A DNA stretch of 50,083 nucleotides, taken from Nitrospirota bacterium (GTDB lineage Bacteria; Nitrospirota; Thermodesulfovibrionia; Thermodesulfovibrionales; JdFR-85). The notes below the pieces were generated by a model. The model was not told where the DNA came from, did no database searches, and was given only the letters and a program-made list of their open reading frames with translations. This document shows, in pieces, positions 12,406 to 21,622 of this stretch (positions are counted from its first letter, which is position 1; each line of letters starts with the position of its first letter). The DNA lies in the NCBI GenBank assembly GCA_013151495.1, contig JAADIE010000109.1:1-50083 (forward strand), read 5' to 3'. Both the position numbers and the translations under genes were made by a program.

Positions 12406-13251
12406 TTATCCCCATACCAGCCGTCCCCTGCGATTTGCCCAGCAACTGAAGGATACATCAACAAAGTAGGATGCAGGATGTCTTGATGCACAGTCAACCT
12501 TTACTGAAAGGGCCGTGAATCTTCCACCAAACCCAAGAGGGCCAATCCCCAGGCTGTTGACAGCCTCAAGTATATCCCTTTCAAGCCTGGCCAATTCAGC
12601 TGATGGATGCTCTTCATCTAAACGTCTCAGAAGCTGTTTTTTAGACAGATAGGTGACCTGATCTTTGGATGCACCAATTGCAACCCCAATTGTGTAAGGC
12701 GGACATCCTTTTCCCTGAGCCTTGAATACAGCATCTATTACGCATCTCTTTATTCCCTCAAAATCCCTCTGAGCCTTCAGTTCCGAAAGAGGAAGCTTAT
12801 AGGTCTGTCCCAGGTTCTCGCTTCCGCCGCCCTTAAGCATGAGGTCTATTATAAGCCTGTCTTCCCTGGTTTCCTCAAAATAGATTATCGGAAAAAGCTT
12901 CCCGGTGTTATCACCACTGTTTCGTTCTGTAATACAATCAACGGCATTTGCACGTAGGGGGATTTCCCTGGTGGCCCTTTTTGTAGCCTCTATAATTGTT
13001 TCCCTGACCTCAATCTGACTGAGTTGTCTTGGTATCTGCACATAAAATGTTGGCACTCCTGTGTCCTGACAGATAGGACGGGCCTCAGACCTTGCAATCC
13101 GTATGTTTTCAATCACTGCTGAAAGGCTCTCCCTGGTAACACCAGGGGGTTCCTCCTGATAAGCCCTCTGAAGGGCCTCCTCTACATCATTTGGAAGGCT
13201 GGTTGAGACCTTTCTGTAAAGCTCTACTATACCATCCTGTAGTTTCAGCAA
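12406..13251 (-). CDS. class I (Fe-S) fumarate hydratase / hydro-lyase, alpha subunit
   Basis: 281 aa. It has the CQDTGVP Fe-S ligand block and GGGSEN, and matches the tartrate/fumarate hydro-lyase alpha pattern. The TTG start at 13251 has GGGAG 8 nt upstream. Confidence 0.85.
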   Translation of the reverse strand: MLKLQDGIVELYRKVSTSLPNDVEEALQRAYQEEPPGVTRESLSAVIENIRIARSEARPICQDTGVPTFYVQIPRQLSQIEVRETIIEATKRATREIPLRANAVDCITERNSGDNTGKLFPIIYFEETREDRLIIDLMLKGGGSENLGQTYKLPLSELKAQRDFEGIKRCVIDAVFKAQGKGCPPYTIGVAIGASKDQVTYLSKKQLLRRLDEEHPSAELARLERDILEAVNSLGIGPLGFGGRFTALSVKVDCASRHPASYFVDVSFSCWANRRGRLVWG

Positions 13252-13367
13252 CTCTATACTCCCTCAACTCAAATTACTTTATCTTATCAAATCAGAAAAA
13301 GAATAACAAATAATTCTTCCATTAACTTAAATTGCCAATAAAAAAAGGGGGCATAAACTTAATTAAA

Positions 13368-13498
13368 GTAGAAGGGTATAGGGTTTGAGCGGTTTCAGGC
13401 AATCTAATAGCTTCACCAGGAGGGTGAAGTAGATTGCCTGCCTCGGAGCAGGCCATGGATGGCCTGCGAGAATGAGCGAAAAGCCTATACCCTTCTAC
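13368..13498 (+). repeat. structured intergenic element, copy 1 (candidate ncRNA family)
   Basis: A perfect 15-bp closing stem pairs GTAGAAGGGTATAGG with CCTATACCCTTCTAC. The 5' junction is TTTGAGCGGTTT. Hairpin P2 (13396-13440) has an 11-bp stem, a 5'-side bulge ATAG, a 7-bp stem, and loop AGGAG. It is followed by CCTCGGAG, hairpin P3 (CAGGCC-ATGGAT-GGCCTG), and the 3' junction CGAGAATGAGCGAAAAG. Confidence 0.8.
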
Positions 13499-13609
13499 CC
13501 TATTACTGACTGATGAATTAATCGGCAATTTAGAGTTTTATGAAGCGGTTGTAACTTTTCCTGACTTTAAGATATTATTGTTAGTCAGTCTTTTAAGCTG
13601 GAGGCTCTT

Positions 13610-14617
13610 GTGTTTAAACCCTTTGAAACAACAGGTATAGGAAGTCTTCCTTTTACAGACCCTGAAGAGGCTGTAAAGCTTGTACTTGAAGGTTGCGACA
13701 TCCCCTTCTGGCCTCAGCTTCCCAAGCGCTCTTTCAAGGAATACATGATTCCTCAGTACTGTGAGGGCTTCCCATGTATTGAGGTGGATGAGGAAAAAAA
13801 GCAGGTCAGTCTAAAGGCCACTACTCAGGAGGATTTAAATGCCTTTTATGAGGCAATATCAAAGGGTGAGGCCTTTCCTATTTCCGGTGACTTTGCTGCA
13901 GGTTTTTATGCCTTTAAAGAGGCCCTTAAAAAAGGCTCAACATATGCAATTAAGGGACAGATAACCGGCCCTCTGACCTTCAGCCTTGGATTAAAGGACC
14001 CGGAAGGCAGATATCTGTACTTTAACGAGGAACTGCGAGAGATTGCCTTGATGCTCCTTTCAGCCAAGGCACGCTGGCAGATTGAAGTATTAAAGGAATA
14101 TGCAGAACAGGTTATAATGTTTATTGATGAGCCTATCCTTTCAGCCCTTGGAAGTAGCAGTTACCTTGGTGTCAGCACTGATGAGGCCGGAAGGATGCTC
14201 AAAACCCTGGTGGAGGAAATTCATTCAGCTGGCGCGATATCAGGGATTCATTGCTGCGGAAAGGCTGACTGGGCCCTGGTGATCGAAACCGGTGTAAAGA
14301 TACTTAATTTTGATGCCTTTGATTATTTTGATGCCTTTAATGCCTATTCAGGTGAGATTGCCTCTTTTGTTCAGCGGGGAGGGCTTATTGCATGGGGGAT
14401 TATTCCGACAACCGATGCTATTAACACCACCAGTCTGGATAAACTCAAAGAAAAACTCACAGGGCAGATAGAGACCCTTGGCAGGGTGTTACCAGTAGAT
14501 ACCATAAAGAGCCACTCCCTCCTTACCCCTTCCTGCGGAGCTGGTAGCAGAACTGTGCAGGAGGCCAGAAGGGTTTTTCAGTTACTGGTCAGCCTTAAGG
14601 AGGCCATGCTTTCATGA
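13610..14617 (+). CDS. MetE-C-terminal/URO-D-like (cobalamin-independent methionine synthase family) protein
   Basis: 335 aa. The GTG start follows GGAGG. Zinc-ligand-like blocks GIHCCGKADW and LLTPSCGAG are typical of the MetE catalytic-domain family. The substrate is unknown. Confidence 0.6.
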   Translation: MFKPFETTGIGSLPFTDPEEAVKLVLEGCDIPFWPQLPKRSFKEYMIPQYCEGFPCIEVDEEKKQVSLKATTQEDLNAFYEAISKGEAFPISGDFAAGFYAFKEALKKGSTYAIKGQITGPLTFSLGLKDPEGRYLYFNEELREIALMLLSAKARWQIEVLKEYAEQVIMFIDEPILSALGSSSYLGVSTDEAGRMLKTLVEEIHSAGAISGIHCCGKADWALVIETGVKILNFDAFDYFDAFNAYSGEIASFVQRGGLIAWGIIPTTDAINTTSLDKLKEKLTGQIETLGRVLPVDTIKSHSLLTPSCGAGSRTVQEARRVFQLLVSLKEAMLS

Positions 14618-15246
14618 GCGGGTTTTTTGTGAGCTTCGAAGGTATAGAGGGGGCTGGCAAATCAACAGTACTTAAGGAGGTAGCCAGGGAATTACGCAAA
14701 AGGGGCTATCAGGTGATAGAGACTTTTGAGCCCGGAGACACACCGGTTGGCAAGGCCTTGAGGCAGACACTACTTGCTCCAGAGCATAGCAAGATGCATT
14801 ATGTAACAGAGGTATTTCTGTATTTTGCAGACAGGGCAGAGCATGTGCAAAAGGTAATACTGCCTGCTCTGGAGGCCGAAAAGGTGGTGCTGACAGACAG
14901 GTATTCTGACTCCACCTTTTCTTATCAGGGTTATGGTCGTGGGCTCGGGCTTGAGATGCTTGAGACCCTCAATCAGATAGCAACCAATGGGTTGATGCCC
15001 GACCTGACTATTCTGCTTGACCTTGATGTAAAAGAGGGGCTAAGGCGTAATAAAAAACTTCAGAAAAATGACCGCTTTGAGCTTGAAACCCTTGAGTTTC
15101 ACGAAAAGGTACGAAGGGGTTTCCTTGAGCTTGCAGAGAAAAACCCAAAAAGGTTCAGGATAATAGATGCCTCCATGCCTTTAAATGATGTAATCCAGGA
15201 GGCACTCAATCATATAGTTACTGCACTTGAAGAAAACAATGGATAA
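14614..15246 (+). CDS. tmk: dTMP (thymidylate) kinase
   Basis: P-loop FEGIEGAGKST, and a DRY..S...YQG block. Confidence 0.92.
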   Translation: MSGFFVSFEGIEGAGKSTVLKEVARELRKRGYQVIETFEPGDTPVGKALRQTLLAPEHSKMHYVTEVFLYFADRAEHVQKVILPALEAEKVVLTDRYSDSTFSYQGYGRGLGLEMLETLNQIATNGLMPDLTILLDLDVKEGLRRNKKLQKNDRFELETLEFHEKVRRGFLELAEKNPKRFRIIDASMPLNDVIQEALNHIVTALEENNG

Positions 15247-17608
15247 GCACACCTTAAGGGTTCTTGAGTTTCCAAAGATCCTGCAGATGATTGCAAGCTA
15301 TGCCTATACAGAGCCTGGCAAGGCCCTTGTGCTTTCGCTAAGACCACTTCTTTCAGAGGAGAAGATACAGAAAAGACAGAGCCTGATAGGGGAGTTACGT
15401 ATCTTTTTAAGCCAGGGCGAAAGCCTTGGTATCGAGCCCTTTGAGTCAATGCAGGGGCTTTTTAATATGCTACGGCCTGAGGATGCCACTTTAGAGCCTT
15501 TACAGCTAAGGAAACTCCTTCCACTCTTGTACTCAGCCCTGACAATAAAGCAAAGAATAAGGGAGACAGACCTTTTGAATATTAAAGAACTGTCAGAAAG
15601 ACTGCACTCCCATAAGGAACTGATACGAGAGATAGAAAGGGCCATCGCCCCGGACGGAAGCATAAACGACAATGCCTCTGACGAGCTTTACTACATAAGA
15701 CATTCAATAAGAAAACTAAAAGACCGGATTAAAAGGACCCTTGAGGGCATACTGAACCGGCGTGAACTGAGACCTCACATCCAGGATTTCTATATAACCG
15801 AAAGAAATGGCCGCTGGGTGATACCTGTAAAAAGCGACTCAAAGGGGCATGTGAAAGGTGTAATACACGACATCTCAAACACTGGAGAGACCGTGTTTAT
15901 TGAACCCAGGGAGATCCAGTTGCTCGGGGATGAGCTTGAAAGCCTGAGGGCAGAAGAGAGGCTCGAGGAGTTTAGAATCCTGAAAAGGCTTTCGCAACTT
16001 ATAAGGTCTTCGCTTCATGAAATAGAGTCTGACTACCAGATAGTGACCGAGTTCGATATGCTTCAGGCAGCGGCAGTGTTTTCTGAGGTTATTAATGCCA
16101 CCCCTGCTGAACTCAATCAATCGGGTTATGTCCGGATCATCAAAGGACGACATCCCCTTCTGTGGAAGACACTGAAAAAACAGGGCAGGGTTGATGAACT
16201 GGTACCGCTTGATTTCGAACTTGGTAGAGAGTTCAAGGGTATGGTTATAACAGGCTCGAACACTGGAGGTAAAACCGTTGCCCTAAAGACCGTTGGTGTA
16301 CTCACGCTAATGACTCTGACAGGGCTTCATATCCCGGCCTCATCAGGAACAACCATCCCTTTATTTAAAAAGGTGCTTGCCGATATTGGTGATGAACAGT
16401 CAATTGAGGAAAGCCTTTCAACCTTCTCAGCCCATGTAGCCCGTCTGTCCGAGATAATAAAGGAAGCATCTGAAGACTCCCTGGTAATAATAGATGAGCT
16501 TGGCACTGGCACCGACCCAGACGAAGGTGGTGCACTGGCATGCGCAATTCTTCGTACTTTGCTGCAAAAGGGAGCACTGGTTACGGTATCAACCCATCTT
16601 GCTTTGCTGAAGGCCTTTGCTCACACCGAGGAGTTACTGATCAATGCTGCAATGGAGATGGTTGAGGTGAAAGAGGATGGTAAGACCTTTTATCGCCCAT
16701 CCTATCGTTTAAGGATTGGTCAGGCAGGCCGTTCACATGCTCTTACCATCGCAGAAAGGCTTGGTATGCCAGAGGAGGTTATCAATGCTGCAAGGGAATT
16801 CCTGACAGAGGGCTCAGACCTGATAGAAGGGCTAATCTCTTCCCTTAAGGATAAGGAGCGTCTTCTTGAGGAGGAGATAGAAAAGGCCAGAAGCCTCAGG
16901 GAAGAATTGGCTGTACTTAAGCAGCGTTTGCAACAGGAGGTGGAGCAGATCAAGAAAAGAAAACAGGATACCCTGAGGGAGGCCTACAAGGAAGCAAGAG
17001 AGTTTCTAAGAAAAATAAAGGCCCAGGCCTACGAGCATCTTGAACAGCTAAAAAGGGCAGACAGACAGAGGGCCAAACAACAACTAAAGATGCTTCAAAA
17101 ACAGGCTGAAAAGATAGAGGAAAGATTAAAAGTACCAGTGGCGGGGCCAGAAAAACCTGTTAAGGTAGGTGATGAGGTTTTGATAAAGCCCCTGGGTCTT
17201 AGTGGCAAGCTGATAGAGCTAAATGAAAAAACAGGTCGATGTAAGGTGCTGGTAAAGGGTAGAGAGGTTGAAACCTCTAAAAAAGAGCTTCAACCTGTAG
17301 AAAAAGACCAGGAGGTGGAGGAGACCTATACAAACAAAACACCCGAGGTCTCGGCCGAAGAGCCACCAGCACGAGAGCTCAACCTGATTGGATGGCGAGT
17401 AGACCCTGCTTTAAGTGAGGTTGAAAGGTTTCTAAATGATGCCTCCCTGGGTGAGGCTGAGGAGGTAAGGATTATTCACGGAGTAGGCACTGGTAGGCTT
17501 GCCAGGGCTATCAGGGGGTATTTAAAAGACCACCCCCTTGTTCAGGACTTCAGAGCTGGCAGGCAATCTGAAGGTGGTGAAGGGGTAACTATTGTCAGGC
17601 TTCGATAA
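15239..17608 (+). CDS. mutS2: endonuclease MutS2 (MutS domain plus C-terminal Smr)
   Basis: Features are Walker A ITGSNTGGKT, DELGTGTDP, a long coiled-coil, and the C-terminal Smr motif IIHGVGTGRL. ATG 15239 overlaps the tmk stop. The track start at 15227 is a TTG. Confidence 0.92.
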   Translation: MDKHTLRVLEFPKILQMIASYAYTEPGKALVLSLRPLLSEEKIQKRQSLIGELRIFLSQGESLGIEPFESMQGLFNMLRPEDATLEPLQLRKLLPLLYSALTIKQRIRETDLLNIKELSERLHSHKELIREIERAIAPDGSINDNASDELYYIRHSIRKLKDRIKRTLEGILNRRELRPHIQDFYITERNGRWVIPVKSDSKGHVKGVIHDISNTGETVFIEPREIQLLGDELESLRAEERLEEFRILKRLSQLIRSSLHEIESDYQIVTEFDMLQAAAVFSEVINATPAELNQSGYVRIIKGRHPLLWKTLKKQGRVDELVPLDFELGREFKGMVITGSNTGGKTVALKTVGVLTLMTLTGLHIPASSGTTIPLFKKVLADIGDEQSIEESLSTFSAHVARLSEIIKEASEDSLVIIDELGTGTDPDEGGALACAILRTLLQKGALVTVSTHLALLKAFAHTEELLINAAMEMVEVKEDGKTFYRPSYRLRIGQAGRSHALTIAERLGMPEEVINAAREFLTEGSDLIEGLISSLKDKERLLEEEIEKARSLREELAVLKQRLQQEVEQIKKRKQDTLREAYKEAREFLRKIKAQAYEHLEQLKRADRQRAKQQLKMLQKQAEKIEERLKVPVAGPEKPVKVGDEVLIKPLGLSGKLIELNEKTGRCKVLVKGREVETSKKELQPVEKDQEVEETYTNKTPEVSAEEPPARELNLIGWRVDPALSEVERFLNDASLGEAEEVRIIHGVGTGRLARAIRGYLKDHPLVQDFRAGRQSEGGEGVTIVRLR

Positions 17609-18548
17609 ACCTCTTCAGGTCGGTCTCTTTTAAGACCTTTTCGTATATCTCCTCTACGGAAAACATCCCTGTAATATCCACCCATTGCACTGCCTCTTCC
17701 TTTTTAAACCATGTAAACTGCCGTTTTGCATATCGCTTGGTAGCTCTTTTAACCATGCTTATCACCTCATCCAGACTCTTTTTACCTTCAAGGTAAAGTA
17801 TAACCTCCTTGTAACCAATGGCCTGAAGTGGTGTCTCAGAGGGATGTTTCTCAAGAAGTCTCTGAACCTCCTGGACAAGCCCCCTTTCAAACATCTCATC
17901 CACGCGCTTTTCAATCATTCTATACAGTTCTTTCCGGTCTCTTGTCAGCCCAATCTTTGTAAAGCTATAGGGTAAAGGTTCTGTAAGCTCCTTCTGTAGT
18001 TCGGATATGGGTCTGGCTGTTTTGAAGTATACCTCAAGGGCGCGTATTATCCGTCTCAGGTCGTTGGGGTTAATACTGGCAGCCTTTTCAGGGTCGAGCT
18101 CACATAGCATCTTGTAAAGATAGCCAGGGCATTGTTTTTCTTTCATCTTAAGCTCCCGCCTTAAGTCCTCATCAGCCTCAGGTGCCGAAAAAAGCCCCCT
18201 TGTAAGGGCCTTTATGTAAAGACCAGTACCTCCCACCACCAGGGGAATGCGTCCCCTTTTATGCAATGCCTCTATTGTTTTCACTGCCTGATCAAGAAAC
18301 CTACCAACGCTGTATCCTTCGGATGGCTCAATTATATCTATCATATGATGCCTTACCATGCTTAGCTCTTCTTTAGAGGGTTTGGCAGTGCCAATATCCA
18401 TTCCTCGGTAGATCTGCATGGAGTCTGCACTTATAATTTCCGTATCCAGAACCCTGGCAATCTTTATGGCAAGGGCTGTCTTTCCAACAGATGTAGGACC
18501 AAGCAACACTATAACATCCCTGTTTTTCACAGAAGTATTATAAAACAA
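17595..18548 (-). CDS. miaA: tRNA dimethylallyltransferase
   Basis: P-loop LLGPTSVGKTALAI, ISADSMQIYRGMDIGTAKP, and VGGTGLY. Confidence 0.93.
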   Translation of the reverse strand: MFYNTSVKNRDVIVLLGPTSVGKTALAIKIARVLDTEIISADSMQIYRGMDIGTAKPSKEELSMVRHHMIDIIEPSEGYSVGRFLDQAVKTIEALHKRGRIPLVVGGTGLYIKALTRGLFSAPEADEDLRRELKMKEKQCPGYLYKMLCELDPEKAASINPNDLRRIIRALEVYFKTARPISELQKELTEPLPYSFTKIGLTRDRKELYRMIEKRVDEMFERGLVQEVQRLLEKHPSETPLQAIGYKEVILYLEGKKSLDEVISMVKRATKRYAKRQFTWFKKEEAVQWVDITGMFSVEEIYEKVLKETDLKRFIEA

Positions 18549-18565
18549 TCCTGCGAGGCTTTTAA

Positions 18566-19705
18566 TCAGGCAGGAAGATTTATTTTGAAGACACTGCCAG
18601 GGCCATCTTCTGGGTCTTCAACCCAGATCTTACCCCCCAGGGTCTCAGTGGCCATCTTTGAAAAGGTAAGGCCAAGCCCTGCTGAACCAACACTGCCTCT
18701 TTGTCCGGATAGTTGAAACTGTTCAAAGGGGATAAAGATTCGCTCTTTAAGCTGATCGGGCACTCCAGGGCCCCTGTCACGTACTGCAATATTTATTTGA
18801 TTTCCACCAACTCTTACATCAATATCTACCTGCTCCCTCTCGGGGCTATAACGGATGGCATTTGATAGTAGATTTCCCAGTATACGCTTGAACAGGTCAG
18901 GGTCAGTATTTGCATAACTTCTGTTTTTAATGGCGAGTTTTGTTTTCATCTCAACTCCTTTGATGGAGGCAGAAATCCTGAAAAGCTCAATAGTCTCTGC
19001 AACAAGGGACTCTATATCCACGGTCATTATCTTGGGTTTTAATTTTCCCTCCGATAGCTTGTATACATCAAGGATATTCTGTATCATGTTCATCATCCTA
19101 TCGCAGGCCACTATGGTCTTGGCTATCAGTAGAGACTGCTTTTCATCAAGGCAGTCCTGCCTTAACTTCAGCAGCTCAAGGTTTCCATAAATCCCGGTCA
19201 ATGGGTTCTTCAGGTCATGGATAATCATGTGTATTAGTTCTTCCTTTGCCTTCTGAATCCTGTACAGTTTCTCATTCATCCTTTCCAGTTCTCTGTTTTT
19301 CCTGTATAGCCTCCTCTGAAAAGCTGATATCCTCAGCAGAGACCTGATCCTGATTATTAGTTCAGTTTTGTTAATGGGCTTTGAGATGAAATCATCGGCA
19401 CCTGCCTCTGCAGCCCGCTCCTTGTCAGAGGTTTCCTCAAGGGCTGTAACCATTATGATTGGAACATGTATTTGACCCTGCATCTGTCTTATCCTTCTAC
19501 AGACCTCAAAGCCATCCATCTCAGGCATCATTATATCAAGCAGTATCAGGTCGGGCCTGAACTCCTTAAACAACTTGAGGGCTTCTTTGCCAGAGGCTGC
19601 CTTCAGTATCTTAAATCCATGAGGGCTTAATATAGCCTCAAGTAAAGAGAGGTTCTTTCTATCATCATCAACAATTAATAACAGGCTTGCCTTTGCTCCC
19701 TCCAT
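18566..19705 (-). CDS. hybrid response-regulator receiver / sensor histidine kinase
   Basis: The N-terminal REC domain has VDDD...LILLDIMMPEMDG...K. The HisKA H-box is IIHDLKNPL. The HATPase boxes are LLSNAIRY, RDRGPGVP, and GLGLTF. Confidence 0.85.
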   Translation of the reverse strand: MEGAKASLLLIVDDDRKNLSLLEAILSPHGFKILKAASGKEALKLFKEFRPDLILLDIMMPEMDGFEVCRRIRQMQGQIHVPIIMVTALEETSDKERAAEAGADDFISKPINKTELIIRIRSLLRISAFQRRLYRKNRELERMNEKLYRIQKAKEELIHMIIHDLKNPLTGIYGNLELLKLRQDCLDEKQSLLIAKTIVACDRMMNMIQNILDVYKLSEGKLKPKIMTVDIESLVAETIELFRISASIKGVEMKTKLAIKNRSYANTDPDLFKRILGNLLSNAIRYSPEREQVDIDVRVGGNQINIAVRDRGPGVPDQLKERIFIPFEQFQLSGQRGSVGSAGLGLTFSKMATETLGGKIWVEDPEDGPGSVFKINLPA

Positions 19706-19746
19706 GCAGCCGGCTCCTTACTGTCGCATTAGGTTAATTTTAGTTT

Positions 19747-20547
19747 TTATTTAAAGCTCTGCTCTTCATCAGGAAAATCCCCCTTCTTTACCTCTTCAAT
19801 ATATTTCTTTATTGCATCAGTTGCCTGCTCTTTAAGATTGGCATATCGTTTGACAAACTTAGGGACAAAACGATCAAACAAACCAAGCAGATCATGTATA
19901 ACAAGGACCTGTCCATCACAATAGGGGCCTGCACCTATGCCAATGGTGGGTATGGTAAGGGTCTGGGTTATCTCCCTGGCAAGGTCCATTGGAATTGCCT
20001 CAAGCACTATAGAGAAGGCCCCGGCCTCCTGTAGCACCCTGGCATCCTCAAGGAGCTGCCGCTTTGCCTCTTCGGTCCTACCCTGCACCTTGTAACCACC
20101 CATACGATGAATGCTCTGTGGTGTAAGCCCTATATGGGCCATAACTGGTATATCAGAACGTACCATGGCAGCCACCTTCTCAGCCACCTCAGAGCCGCCC
20201 TCTATCTTTATTGCCTGGGCTCCGCCTTCTTTTATAAATCTACCGGCATTACGAACAGCCTCTTCAACCGAGACCTGGTATGACATAAAGGGCATATCAC
20301 CGATAACCATTGCCCGCTCTGCAGCTCGTGAGACCATCCTGGTATGATAAATCATCTCGTCCATGGTAACTGGAAGGGTATTTTCTATCCCCTGAACCAC
20401 CATAGCCACTGAGTCGCCAACCAGTATGGCATCCACACCAGCCTCATCCACTATCTTCGCAAAGGGAAAGTCGTAGGCGGTAAGCATGGTTATCTTCTGC
20501 CCCTCTGTTTTTTTCTTAAGGAAATCATTAATCGTTACCTTTGGCAT
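19747..20547 (-). CDS. panB: 3-methyl-2-oxobutanoate hydroxymethyltransferase
   Basis: 266 aa. Motifs are [22 protein letters not shown], and GHIGLTPQS-like blocks. Confidence 0.95.
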   Translation of the reverse strand: MPKVTINDFLKKKTEGQKITMLTAYDFPFAKIVDEAGVDAILVGDSVAMVVQGIENTLPVTMDEMIYHTRMVSRAAERAMVIGDMPFMSYQVSVEEAVRNAGRFIKEGGAQAIKIEGGSEVAEKVAAMVRSDIPVMAHIGLTPQSIHRMGGYKVQGRTEEAKRQLLEDARVLQEAGAFSIVLEAIPMDLAREITQTLTIPTIGIGAGPYCDGQVLVIHDLLGLFDRFVPKFVKRYANLKEQATDAIKKYIEEVKKGDFPDEEQSFK

Positions 20548-20672
20548 ATCCAGGCTCCTCTGTTCAGTTTTTAGATTACTCTCTATTTCCCAGACATGTA
20601 ATTTTAATTATTTTAACACATTATCTAACCCAAGCCTTTATTACCACCTCGTAGGTGGTAATAGGTGGCAAT

Positions 20673-20704
20673 AAAAAAGGCCGCCATGAAATAGCGACCT
20701 TTTT
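20673..20704 (-). terminator. rho-independent terminator after metF
   Basis: The minus strand reads AAAAA-GGTCGC-(9 nt loop)-GCGGCC-TTTTTT. The 6-bp stem includes a G-U pair that is only possible in the minus-strand RNA and would be a C-A mismatch in the plus sense. It starts about 33 nt after the metF stop. Confidence 0.6.
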
Positions 20705-20736
20705 ATACTAAAAACTCAACACTTCAACGCTCAACA

Positions 20737-21618
20737 CTATAAAAGCCCTGCCCGCTCCAGTATCTCTGGCACCTTATCTTCCATTCCGATAGCCATGATA
20801 TGAACACCATCACAGATGGCCTCTTCCTTTAGTTGCCTGATGTGACGGGCACAGATATCAAGACCAGTATCAAGGGCCTTTTCCTTGCCTGCTGCCTTAA
20901 GCTCCTCGATCAATTCATCAGGCACTACAATACCAGGGACAAAGTTATTTAGAAACTTTGCCATACCAGCAGATTTAAGCACAACAAGACCGGCTATTAT
21001 TTTTACAGGATATTTTCTTGCATATTTCATGAACTCCTTGAACTTCTCTATGTCGTATATGGCCTGGGTCTGGAAAAACTTAGCACCTGCCTTTACCTTC
21101 TTTTCAAACTTTATAAGCTGGGGCTCGAGGGGATTTGCCTCGGGAGTGACAACCGCACCCTGAAAGAACTGGGTAGCACCTTTAAGGTCGTTGCCTGCCA
21201 TGTCTTTGCCATTATTTAAAGAATCCACTATCTTAAGTAGCTGTACAGATTCAACATCATAAACTGGCTTGGCCTGCTTATGATCACCTGCAGAAACATG
21301 ATCACCTGTCATACAGAGGACATTCCTTACTCCAAGGGCATAGGCCCCAAGCAGATCAGACTGAAGCCCGATACGATTACGATCTCGACAGGTCATCTGC
21401 AATATGGGCTCGGCACCGCGCTCAAGGGCAATCTTACAACCTGCCAGAGAGTTCATCCTCATCACAGCAGACTGATTGTCTGTGAAATTGATGGCATCCA
21501 CCTTATCCTTCAGCAGATCAATATGATGTATCATCTCCTCAATGTCTGTGCCCTTTGGTGGGCCAACCTCAGCAGTAACAACAAACTCACCAGATTCAAG
21601 CTTTTCTCTGAAGGCCAT
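20737..21618 (-). CDS. metF: methylenetetrahydrofolate reductase MetF (acetogen/anaerobe type)
   Basis: The product starts MAFREKLESGEFVVTAEVGPPKGTD and contains FTDNQSA and MTCRDRNR...CMTGD. The start was moved to ATG 21618. The track's longer ORF runs back into metV. Confidence 0.88.
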   Translation of the reverse strand: MAFREKLESGEFVVTAEVGPPKGTDIEEMIHHIDLLKDKVDAINFTDNQSAVMRMNSLAGCKIALERGAEPILQMTCRDRNRIGLQSDLLGAYALGVRNVLCMTGDHVSAGDHKQAKPVYDVESVQLLKIVDSLNNGKDMAGNDLKGATQFFQGAVVTPEANPLEPQLIKFEKKVKAGAKFFQTQAIYDIEKFKEFMKYARKYPVKIIAGLVVLKSAGMAKFLNNFVPGIVVPDELIEELKAAGKEKALDTGLDICARHIRQLKEEAICDGVHIMAIGMEDKVPEILERAGLL

Positions 21619-21622
21619 AACT

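Noticed and set aside
13467-13483. GAGAATGAG-CGAAAAG in the element superficially recalls the hammerhead ribozyme core (CUGAUGAG...CGAAA).
   Set aside because: There is no CUGANGA box, no stem II between the two strings, and no plausible cleavage-site context. I also could not match twister, pistol or HDV-like cores from memory.
13368-13498. Element copy 1 as a riboswitch or leader for the downstream MetE-like gene (e.g. SAM, THF or cobalamin).
   Set aside because: The same element sits next to unrelated genes (cooC/amidohydrolase, htrA/yacL) in either orientation. None of the riboswitch core sequences I know are present.
13322-13528. ORFs 13322-13528, 26625-26831 and 34750-34959 share peptide strings and could look like a small conserved protein family.
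   Set aside because: The similarity follows the nucleotide repeat. The reading frames have no RBS and are read on different relative strands of the element. The conservation pattern is paired stems plus junctions, not codons.
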